Positions 56,060 through 64,000 of a stretch of 64,000 nt of DNA are shown one piece after another; positions within the stretch are counted from its first letter, which is position 1; each line of letters starts with the position of its first letter. The translations under genes and the position numbers were made by a program. The stretch is from Dehalococcoidia bacterium (GTDB lineage Bacteria; Chloroflexota; Dehalococcoidia; UBA2979), in assembly GCA_964291495.2 (NCBI GenBank), contig OZ219868.1, positions 64,001 through 128,000 on the forward strand, written 5' to 3'. The notes beneath the pieces are model-generated. The model did not search any database. It had not been told where the DNA came from and saw nothing but the letters and a program-made list of their open reading frames with translations.

Positions 56060-58813
56060 ATGCCCGCCGACAAGCCCATACGCAGCCTCGACGAGTACGA
56101 GGCGAAACGCGACTTCGCGAGGACGCCGGAGCCGCCGCCAGAGCCGCCACCAGAGCCGTCGGCAGGCGGGCCGCTCACCTTCGTCGTGCAGCAGCATCGC
56201 GCAACGCGCATGCACTACGACCTGCGCCTCGAGGTCCGCGGCGCGATGCCCTCGTGGCCGGTGCCGCGCGGGCCCTCGCTCGACCCGGCCGAGCGGCGGC
56301 TCGCGATCCAGACCGAGGACCACCCGCTCGGCTACGCCTCCTTCGAGGGCGTGATCCCGAAGGGCGAGTACGGCGCCGGCGAGGTGATCGTCTGGGACAA
56401 CGGCACCTACTCCCCCGACGAGGGAGGGACGCTCTTCCACGACCGCACCGCGGCGGAGGCGCGCGTCCTCGAGGGCATCGAGGCCGGCAAGCTCTCCGTC
56501 ACCCTGCGCGGGCGCAAGCTGAAAGGCTCGTGGGCGCTCGTGCGGACCAGCGAGGAGGAGCGCAGCTGGCTCTTGATCAAGCACCGCGACGAGGCGGCCG
56601 ATCCATCCCGCGAGCTGATCGCCGAGGATGCTTCCGTCATCTCCGGCCTCGCGATCGCCGACCTGCAAGCGGGCCGCCTGCCCGACCCGACTCGCCACGG
56701 CACCCCGCCCGACCTCGCCGCGCTGCCCGGCGTCGAGCGTGGCGAGCCGCCTCGCACGCTCGCGCCGATGCAGGCCGCCCTCGCGGACGGGCCGTTCGAC
56801 AGCAAGGACTGGCTCTTCGAGCCGAAGCTCGACGGCATCCGCGCGCTCGCCTTCATCGAGGACGGCGCGGTCACGCTGCGATCGCGGCGCGGCCTCGATC
56901 TGACCGCGCAGTACCCCGCTCTCACGCACGCAATCGCCGCGCAGCCCGTGGCGAGCGCGATCCTCGACGGCGAGATCGCCGCGCTCGACGAGCGGGGGGC
57001 CCCTTCCTTCGAGCGTTTGCAGCAGCGCATGAACCTGGGCGGCGAGGCGGATGTCGCGCGCGCCGACGCCGAGCTGCCGGTGCTGTTCTTCCCCTTCGAC
57101 CTGCTCTATCTCGACGGCTTCGACCTGCGCCGCGTGCCGCTCGCGGACCGCATCGAGGTGCTCGCGCGCGTACTGCGGCCGGGGCCGCTGCTGCAGCTCC
57201 TCCAGAGCTTCGAGGCCGACGGCCGCGCCGCCTACGAGGCCGCGGTCGGCCTCGGCTTCGAGGGCGTGATCGCGAAGCGGCGGGACGGCGCTTACCTCGA
57301 CGGCCGGCGCTCACGCGAGTGGCTCAAGGTGAAGGCGCGGCGCAGCGGCGACTTCGTCGTTGGCGGCTGGCGCGAGGGCGAGGGCGGACGCGCCGGCAGC
57401 TTCGGCGCGTTGCTGCTCGGGAGCTACGACGAGGACGGCGCGCTGCGCTACGTGGGCCGGGTCGGCTCCGGCTTCGACGATCGAGCGCTCGGGGAGCTGC
57501 GCGCGCGCCTCGATGCCCTCGCCGCGGACCACGACCCGTTCGCCGACGCGCCGCCGGAGCCCGGGCGCCTGCGGTTCGTGCGACCCGAGCTCGTCGCTGA
57601 GGTGGAGTTCGCGAACTGGACCAGCGACGAGCGGCTGCGCGCGCCCGTGTTCGTGCGCCTGCGCGATGACAAGTCGCCCTCGGAGGTCCTGCGCGCGGAC
57701 GCGATGGCGGCGCCGCCGCCGTCGGTTCCCGAGGCGCCCGTGGCGGATCTCGGCGGCGAGGCCGTCGTCGACGTGCTCGATCAGCTCGGCCGCGAGGGGG
57801 CGCGGATGCACCTCGGGGTTGACGGCGCTGAACTGGCCGTTACCAACCTCGACAAGGTGCTGTGGCCGGAGACGCCGCAGCAGCGCGCGCTCACCAAGCG
57901 CGACCTGCTGCGCTACCTCGCCGAGGTCTCGCCCTGGCTGCTGCCGCACCTGCGCGACCGCCCGCTGACGCTGACCCGCTACCCGAACGGCGTCGAGGGC
58001 GGCTCCTTCTACCAGAAGCATTACGAGAACCCGCCGCCGTTCGTCGAGACGGTGACGGTGTACACGGACTCGGCGGGCGGCGATCAGCAGGCGATCCTCT
58101 GCAACAACCTGCCGACGCTGCTCTGGCTCGGCCAGCTCGCCGACCTCGAGCTGCACGTCTCGCTCGCTCGGGTCAGTCCGCAACCGGACGGCGCGCACCT
58201 TGAGGCGAGCTTCAGCGGCTCGAAGGCGCGGATCGAGGCGTCGCTGCTCAACTACCCGGACTTCGTGCTCTTCGACCTCGATCCCTACATCTACGCCGGG
58301 ACGGAGCAGGCGGGCGACGAGCCGGAGCTGAACCGCCGCGCCTTCGCGAAGACCGTCGAGGTCGCCCGAGGCCTCAAGGAGCTGCTCGACGCCGCCTCGC
58401 TGTCCTCGTTCGTGAAGACCTCCGGGGCGACGGGGCTGCACATCCTCGTGCCGGTGCTGCGCCAGTTCGACTACGCGGCGGTGCGATCGGTGGCGGAGAC
58501 GTTCGGCGGCTTCCTGCAGCGCGCGCACCCGCGCGACGTGACGCTGGAGTGGGCCGTGGAGAAGCGAGGTGGCAAGATCTTCCTCGACGTGAACCAGAAC
58601 GCGCGGATCAAGAACCTCGCGGCGGCGTTCTCACCGCGGCCCAAGCCGGGCGCGCCCGTCTCGATGCCGCTGCGCTGGGACGAGCTGGGCGAGGTCTACC
58701 CGACGGACTTCACGATCCTCACGGCGCCCGCACGGATCGCCGAGGCCGGCGACCCCTGGGCGGACATCCTCTCGCACAAGCACGACCTAGTGGCGTTGCT
58801 GGGCCCGCAGTAG
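56060..58813 (+). CDS. ligD: NHEJ DNA ligase D (phosphoesterase-ligase-polymerase)
   Basis: HYDLRLE and TEDHP (PE); EPKLDGIR and EGVIAKR (ligase); RYPNG, FDLDP, KTSG..GLH (Pol). Confidence 0.95.
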   Translation: MPADKPIRSLDEYEAKRDFARTPEPPPEPPPEPSAGGPLTFVVQQHRATRMHYDLRLEVRGAMPSWPVPRGPSLDPAERRLAIQTEDHPLGYASFEGVIPKGEYGAGEVIVWDNGTYSPDEGGTLFHDRTAAEARVLEGIEAGKLSVTLRGRKLKGSWALVRTSEEERSWLLIKHRDEAADPSRELIAEDASVISGLAIADLQAGRLPDPTRHGTPPDLAALPGVERGEPPRTLAPMQAALADGPFDSKDWLFEPKLDGIRALAFIEDGAVTLRSRRGLDLTAQYPALTHAIAAQPVASAILDGEIAALDERGAPSFERLQQRMNLGGEADVARADAELPVLFFPFDLLYLDGFDLRRVPLADRIEVLARVLRPGPLLQLLQSFEADGRAAYEAAVGLGFEGVIAKRRDGAYLDGRRSREWLKVKARRSGDFVVGGWREGEGGRAGSFGALLLGSYDEDGALRYVGRVGSGFDDRALGELRARLDALAADHDPFADAPPEPGRLRFVRPELVAEVEFANWTSDERLRAPVFVRLRDDKSPSEVLRADAMAAPPPSVPEAPVADLGGEAVVDVLDQLGREGARMHLGVDGAELAVTNLDKVLWPETPQQRALTKRDLLRYLAEVSPWLLPHLRDRPLTLTRYPNGVEGGSFYQKHYENPPPFVETVTVYTDSAGGDQQAILCNNLPTLLWLGQLADLELHVSLARVSPQPDGAHLEASFSGSKARIEASLLNYPDFVLFDLDPYIYAGTEQAGDEPELNRRAFAKTVEVARGLKELLDAASLSSFVKTSGATGLHILVPVLRQFDYAAVRSVAETFGGFLQRAHPRDVTLEWAVEKRGGKIFLDVNQNARIKNLAAAFSPRPKPGAPVSMPLRWDELGEVYPTDFTILTAPARIAEAGDPWADILSHKHDLVALLGPQ

Positions 58814-58846
58814 CGCCCTACGACGTCGGAGTGGCGATGGGCGTCA

Positions 58847-58875
58847 AGAGGCCGCCCCAGGAGGGGGCGGCCTCT
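58847..58875. terminator. Hairpin between convergent ligD and crotonase genes
   Basis: agaggccgcccc-aggag-ggggcggcctct 12-bp stem. Confidence 0.6.
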
Positions 58876-58930
58876 GTGCGTGCGCGTCCGGAGTCCGGGG
58901 CTGGTTGCTCTGGGGCTACCGACCCTGGAA

Positions 58931-59749
58931 CTATCGCCCCTGGAAGACCGGCTCGCGGCGCTCCATGAAGGACTTCATGCCCTCCTTGGAGTCCTCGGTC
59001 TGGTGCGCGACGGACCCGGCCCAGGACTCGACCTGCATCGCCTCGAGGAGCGTCGGCGCCTCGATCGCTCGCCAGATCAGCTTCTTGTCCAGCTCGAGCG
59101 TGACGGTCGGGCCGGAGGCGATCGTCTCGGCCAGCTCCATCGCGGCCGGCAGCAACTCGTCCTGCCCGTGGAGCGAGCTGACGAGGCCGATCTCCTTCGC
59201 CTCGTCGGACATCACGAAGCGGTCGGTCCAGAGCAACTCCAGGGCCTTCGAGATGCCCACGACGCGCGGCAGGTAGTAGGACATGCCCGCGTGCACGACC
59301 ATCGCGCGCTTCGTGAAGATGGTGGAGAACCGAGCCGACTCGGCAGCCATGCGGATGTCGCAGGCCAGCACGAGCGCGAGGCCGGCGGCCACCGCAACGC
59401 CGTTGATGGCGGCGATGGTCGGCTTCTCGCAGTGCCCGACCTTGTGGATCGCGTAGCTGAGGACGCCACCCGGGTACTCGGTCATCTTGCGCTCGCCGAG
59501 CTTCGCCCGGTAGATCGGGCCGTCCACGGCGGCCCTGCTCAGGTCGGCGCCGGAGGAGAAGCCACGGCCCGCGCCCGTGAAGACGATGCAGCGGACCTCG
59601 TCGTCCAGCTCGGCCCGCTCGATCTCCATGATGATCTCGTAGAGCGAGCGGAAGGTGATCGGGTTCAGCTTCTCCGGGACGTTGAGGGTGATGATCTCAA
59701 CGTGCCCCTTCTTCTCGACGCTAATCTCTTCGTACGCTTCCTCGGCCAT
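58931..59749 (-). CDS. Enoyl-CoA hydratase/isomerase family protein
   Basis: FTGAGRGFSSGAD, KPTIAAING.A, SFMERREPVFQGR; start set at ATG 59749. Confidence 0.9.
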   Translation of the reverse strand: MAEEAYEEISVEKKGHVEIITLNVPEKLNPITFRSLYEIIMEIERAELDDEVRCIVFTGAGRGFSSGADLSRAAVDGPIYRAKLGERKMTEYPGGVLSYAIHKVGHCEKPTIAAINGVAVAAGLALVLACDIRMAAESARFSTIFTKRAMVVHAGMSYYLPRVVGISKALELLWTDRFVMSDEAKEIGLVSSLHGQDELLPAAMELAETIASGPTVTLELDKKLIWRAIEAPTLLEAMQVESWAGSVAHQTEDSKEGMKSFMERREPVFQGR

Positions 59750-59812
59750 CGGCTCTCCCCCACTACGTTCTGGTGGCGTGATGCATCTGCCGGGACGCTC
59801 CCGGCGCCGCAA

Positions 59813-61699
59813 TCATACACGCCCGCGCCACCTCGCCACAGCGAGGGCGATCAGGCCGAGCAATGTGATCGCCACTGCGGGAGCGATAGGGCCGGCCGAG
59901 CGGTCGCCCTCGGTAAGCGGGTCCTCCCTGATCAAGTCTCGTAGTTGTCGGAACGATGGCCCCCACTCGTACATGCGGGCGCCGTCGACGTAGAGACCGA
60001 GCCGGGCGTCGTAGATCACGTAGTTGGACCTCCCGTGCTCCTCCCATCTGATCCTGGTCGATCCGTCCGTGGTGTCCTTCACTTCGCCCAGCACAAGTGG
60101 CCGACCCGCCGGGACAGTGAACGTGTAAACCGTCTCGCCCACGCGGAATGTCCGTCCCTCTTCGAGCGGCACGTTGGGGACCGCGATCGGGATGCCATCC
60201 GCCCCAGCCCGCAGCGCAACCGACTCGACGGCTTCGTAGGCGTCCCCCGCACCGGTGGTCATCCACGGCCGCACCTGGACCTGGTAACGCTGCTCGGATT
60301 GAAGGCCGGTTAGTCGATGGCTCGTGGTGTTCGCCTCACTCCCCGGGACATCCGTCCAGGACCCCCAGGCTTCCTGCTCGTCCGGTTCGTTGTACCTGTA
60401 CTGCCAGCGCGTGGCGCCGGCCTTGGCTATCGTCCACTCGAGCAGGATCTCCCCCGCACCGCCGCCGGCCACCGCGGTCAACATCGCACGATCCGTCACC
60501 GGAGCGTCCCGGGCTCCAAACCACGCCGACTCGATGATCCTGTCGAACGCCTCGGAGATTTCGGGAGTGGCCGGATCCACCGTGCGGTGGTACTCCGAGC
60601 CATACCCCAACGAGAAGCCCGTCCCTGATTGACTGCCTACATGGTCCAAGAGCAGCCAAGCGGGATAGTCGTGCCCGTAGACCTTGTACGGACCTCTGAT
60701 CCTCAGTCGGATACCCGCCGGCACATCGAAGACAAAGGACGAGTCGCCGTCTCCGATCATGGACGACCTGATCAGGTAGGATCCGCTGGCCAGGATCGTG
60801 TCGTGGTCGCCGTGCAGTTCGATGGGCGGCAAGCAGTCGGCGAGACTCAAGGAGTCGGTGTCGTTGTTCGCCACGGCGCGTAACGACGGCGGGACGCAGC
60901 CCGTGAGCGCGTTCCCGCCGAGGTAGACGTGTGTCAGCCCGCTCAACTGGCTGGCTTTCGACGGAATCGCACCCGTAAGCACGTTCCCATCGAGCCGCAA
61001 CTCCTGGAGACCCGTCAGGTTCCCAATCAGCCCCGAGAGTTCACCCGTGAGGCCGCTGCCCGCCAGGCTGAGCCTCGTCACGCGCGGAGGTGTCCCTTCG
61101 ACGGTGACACCCGTCCAGGTCGCCATCGATGTGGCGTGGTCCCAGTCGAGTGTTGCCGTTCCGGCCAGCGTGTCCCTGAGCCTCAGGAGCTGCACGCGGT
61201 CAGATAACAGCTCCGGGTTGCCGGGTATGGTCGTGATAGTGAGATCGCCGTACCGGTACTGTCCGTCGGTGCTGTGTCCGCCGTCGCGTGGCAGCGCGAT
61301 CGCCCCTAGCGGCAGCGGGACCGAGCGGCGCCAGGGATCTCCGCAGCGGTGCGCGCAAACGGAGATTCTGTCGAGGTCTCCGGTCCACTGCCAGATCCGC
61401 AGTGTGGCGCCGGCGACCGCGAGATCGCCGTAACGGTAGTAACGCCCGTCGTGGTACACCGGGTACGTGCTGTCGAGCGGGAAGGGAATCGTGCCCAGCG
61501 CATCCCAGTCGCCGTCTCGGGGCCGGGCGCTGACCCAGATGTCCTCGAGGTCGTCGACGTGCTGCCAGACGCGCAACTCGACGAAGACCTCGAAGGGGTC
61601 ACCGTCCTGCTGAGCGGCGGCGCCAGCCGGCACGATCGCCACGACGACTGCCGCCGCAAGCAGGGCGAGAATCGCGAGGAGCGCGCGGCGCGGAATCAT
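59813..61699 (-). CDS. Secreted/anchored surface protein with plant-type LRRs and an Fn3 domain
   Basis: Signal peptide MIPRRALLAILALL; W...W.GVT LRR cap; L.GN.LTG.IP repeats; Fn3 (LEW...YRY...LTGL....YQVQVR); C-terminal TM plus basic tail. Confidence 0.8.
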   Translation of the reverse strand: MIPRRALLAILALLAAAVVVAIVPAGAAAQQDGDPFEVFVELRVWQHVDDLEDIWVSARPRDGDWDALGTIPFPLDSTYPVYHDGRYYRYGDLAVAGATLRIWQWTGDLDRISVCAHRCGDPWRRSVPLPLGAIALPRDGGHSTDGQYRYGDLTITTIPGNPELLSDRVQLLRLRDTLAGTATLDWDHATSMATWTGVTVEGTPPRVTRLSLAGSGLTGELSGLIGNLTGLQELRLDGNVLTGAIPSKASQLSGLTHVYLGGNALTGCVPPSLRAVANNDTDSLSLADCLPPIELHGDHDTILASGSYLIRSSMIGDGDSSFVFDVPAGIRLRIRGPYKVYGHDYPAWLLLDHVGSQSGTGFSLGYGSEYHRTVDPATPEISEAFDRIIESAWFGARDAPVTDRAMLTAVAGGGAGEILLEWTIAKAGATRWQYRYNEPDEQEAWGSWTDVPGSEANTTSHRLTGLQSEQRYQVQVRPWMTTGAGDAYEAVESVALRAGADGIPIAVPNVPLEEGRTFRVGETVYTFTVPAGRPLVLGEVKDTTDGSTRIRWEEHGRSNYVIYDARLGLYVDGARMYEWGPSFRQLRDLIREDPLTEGDRSAGPIAPAVAITLLGLIALAVARWRGRV

Positions 61700-61948
61700 C
61701 GGCGCGACTCCTTCCGCGGACCCGGCGGCCTGACGCACGTCCATGCCGGACGGTCGAGACCAGGCCCGCTGTTGGTACGCAGCAGCCGTCCAATTGGATC
61801 CCGATGCGGACAGAGGACGGCGTCCGGTGGTCAGCGCCTCAGACCACACTTTACAACCACCGTAACGGTCTCAGCGGCGTGAAGGACTCCCCGCACCCCG
61901 TCCGGTGTACCGTGTCCGCCGCGTGCAACCCGACGAAGGGAGCGAGGC

Positions 61949-63046
61949 ATGAAGGCAGCACTGCTGCGGGCGATCCATGAGCCCTTGACCATCGAGGAGA
62001 TCGAGATCGCCGAGCCGAAGACCGGCGAGGTGCTCGTCCGCATCGAGGCGAGCGGCGTCTGCCACAGCGACCTGCACCGCATCCACGGCGACTTCCCCTC
62101 GCCGCTGCCGATGGTGATGGGCCACGAGGGCTCCGGCGTCGTCGAGGCGGTCGGGCCGGGCGTCGGCAGCCCGCAGGTCGGGGATCACGTCGTGCTCAGC
62201 ATCGGGCCCTACTGCAACGAGTGCCTGGCCTGCGGCGCGGGGCGCTTCAGCGACTGCCCGAAGATCGCAGCGATGCGACCCCTCGGCGCGCTCTTCGACG
62301 GCACCAGCCGGCTCAGCAAGGGCGACGAGCGGATCAGCAACCAGTCCTTCGTCTCCTCCTTCGCCGAGTACACCGTCGTCCCCGCCACCGGCGCGATCCC
62401 CGTGCGCAAGGACGCTCCGCTCGACACGATCGCGCTCGTCGGCTGTGGCGTCACGACGGGCGTCGCCGCCGTCTTCAACGACGCGCAGGTCGCGCCTGGC
62501 GATCGCGTCGCCGTCTTCGGCTGCGGCGGCGTCGGCCTCAACGCCGTGCAGGCGGCCGCCCTCGCGGGCGCGGAGCTGGTGATCGGCGTCGACCTGCTCG
62601 ACTCGAAGCTGGAACTCGCGAAGGAGTTCGGCGCGACGCACACCGTCAACGCCTCCGAGGGCGACCCGGTCGCGCAGGTCCGCGAGCTGACGCGCATCGG
62701 CGTCGATCACGCCTTCGAGGTGATCGGCATCCCCGCCGTGGTGTTGCAGGGGATGGCCTCGCTCAAGCCGGGCGGCAAGATGTGGGTGCTCGGCGTGCTG
62801 CCGGCCGACGCGGTGCTCGAGATCCCGTGGTGGCAGCTGATGGCGGGACGCCAGGGGTTGCAGTTCAGCGGCTTCGGCGCAGCCAACCCGCGCGCCGACA
62901 TCCCGCGCATCGTCGACCTCTACATGGCGGGCAAGCTCAAGCTCGACGAGCTGATCACCGAGCGGCTCCCGCTGGAGCGGATCAACGAGGCCTTCGACCT
63001 GATGGAGCGCGGCGAGGTCGCCCGCACGCTGGTCTACCCTCGCTAG
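61949..63046 (+). CDS. Zn-dependent alcohol dehydrogenase (class III-like MDR)
   Basis: GVCHSD, GHEGSG, C..C..C.......C, GCGVTTG, GCGGVG. Confidence 0.93.
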   Translation: MKAALLRAIHEPLTIEEIEIAEPKTGEVLVRIEASGVCHSDLHRIHGDFPSPLPMVMGHEGSGVVEAVGPGVGSPQVGDHVVLSIGPYCNECLACGAGRFSDCPKIAAMRPLGALFDGTSRLSKGDERISNQSFVSSFAEYTVVPATGAIPVRKDAPLDTIALVGCGVTTGVAAVFNDAQVAPGDRVAVFGCGGVGLNAVQAAALAGAELVIGVDLLDSKLELAKEFGATHTVNASEGDPVAQVRELTRIGVDHAFEVIGIPAVVLQGMASLKPGGKMWVLGVLPADAVLEIPWWQLMAGRQGLQFSGFGAANPRADIPRIVDLYMAGKLKLDELITERLPLERINEAFDLMERGEVARTLVYPR

Positions 63047-63053
63047 CCGCGGC

Positions 63054-63563
63054 TTACCCCTCGGTCGAGTCGAGGTAGTCGAGGACGAGGCGCAGCGCCG
63101 CGGCGGCGGCGCGCTGTTTCGTCTCCTCGCGATCGCCGGGGAACATCCGGCGCTCGGCGCGCTCGAAGTCCTCGGCGACGAGCGCGATGTAGTAGAGGCC
63201 TGCCGGGCGCTCGGGGTTGGCGCGCTCCGGCGGCAGGGCGCTCGCCATGCCGGTCTCGGCGAGGGCGAGGTCCGCACCGAACGCCGCCCGCGCCCCGTGC
63301 GCCATCGCCAGCGCCGTCTCGGCGGAGACGGAGCCGTGCGCCTCGAGGGTGGAAGCGGGGACGCCGAGCAGCGCCTGCTTCGGCGGGTTCGCGTAGGCGG
63401 TGATCCCGCCGGGGAAGACGCGCGAGGCGCCGTGTACGTCGGTCAGCGCGTGCCCGATCAGTCCGCCGACGGTCGACTCGGCCGTCGCGAGGCGCAGGCC
63501 GCGCGCGGTCATGCGCTCGACGACCTCGCGAGCGGCGGCGGTGGTCTCCTCAGCGAGTGTCAT
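63054..63563 (-). CDS. CinA/PncC C-terminal domain protein
   Basis: LATAES.VGG, GAS..F.GG..AY, HGSVSAETA.AMA, TG.A; overlaps the upstream stop (ATGA). Confidence 0.85.
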   Translation of the reverse strand: MTLAEETTAAAREVVERMTARGLRLATAESTVGGLIGHALTDVHGASRVFPGGITAYANPPKQALLGVPASTLEAHGSVSAETALAMAHGARAAFGADLALAETGMASALPPERANPERPAGLYYIALVAEDFERAERRMFPGDREETKQRAAAAALRLVLDYLDSTEG

Positions 63564-64000
63564 GGCGTCAGCCATCTCTGGAGCCAGGCGACGGAGCGGT
63601 CGTAGTACTCCTTGCGCAGGGCCGCGTGGCCGCCGCGCAGGAAGAGGTGAGAGCAGCCGGGGAAGCGCGCGAACTCGACCGTCTTGCCACGCCGCTTGAG
63701 CGCCACGTACAGCTCCTCGGACTGCGAGATCGGCACGCGGATGTCGTCCTCCCCGTGGAGCAGCAGCACGGGCGTGGTCACGCGGTCGGCGTAGGTGAGC
63801 GGGGACCGCTCGACATAATGGTCGGAGTTCTCCTGCGGCAGCCCGCCCCACTGGCGCTCGCCGAACGATACGGCAATGTCGGTCTGCCCGTACATCGAGA
63901 CGAGGTTCGTGACGGGCGCGCCGATCACCGCCGCTCGGAATCGCTCGTCGTGCCCAACGATCCAGCTGCTCATGTAGCCGCCGTAGGAGTAGCCGTGCAG
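63560..64000 (-). CDS. S9 family (acylaminoacyl) peptidase, 5'-truncated by the window edge
   Basis: HGYSYGGY nucleophile elbow, LHGEDD.RVP, FPG.SH. Confidence 0.9.
   Translation of the reverse strand: MHGYSYGGYMSSWIVGHDERFRAAVIGAPVTNLVSMYGQTDIAVSFGERQWGGLPQENSDHYVERSPLTYADRVTTPVLLLHGEDDIRVPISQSEELYVALKRRGKTVEFARFPGCSHLFLRGGHAALRKEYYDRSVAWLQRWLTP

Overview
Very GC-rich bacterial DNA. The gene content (LLM monooxygenases, SDRs, crotonases, PAC2, LRR/Fn3 surface protein) suggests Chloroflexota/Dehalococcoidia, possibly a marine-invertebrate (sponge) symbiont; this is inference only. The backbone carries lipid/acyl-CoA catabolism genes, five tRNAs (Leu-GAG, Trp-CCA, Gln-TTG, Leu-CAA, Gly-GCC), RecQ, Lhr-Ku-LigD, MscS, a LysM protein, a RibBA with a degenerate cyclohydrolase domain, and a selenoprotein hidden by an in-frame UGA (LAD-U-GSC, followed by a SECIS-like hairpin) that the ORF track splits in two. 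The most striking region is an accessory block of about 24 kb (~12.3-36.9 kb) ending at the 3' end of tRNA-Gln. It encodes an ERG6-like sterol C-24 methyltransferase, two cytochromes P450 fused to an N-terminal GOLPH3/Vps74 (GPP34)-like domain (both lacking the I-helix threonine), a Neverland/KshA-like Rieske enzyme, a COG2907/UfaD-like flavoprotein, a third canonical P450 and two paralogous MMPL/RND transporters. It also encodes a PAS-LuxR regulator and two single-chain GAF-PAS-kinase-receiver-wHTH regulators. No cyclase is present in the window, so the best reading is a sterol (or other cyclic lipid) import-and-remodelling system. All calls come from manual motif recognition; no database searches were run.
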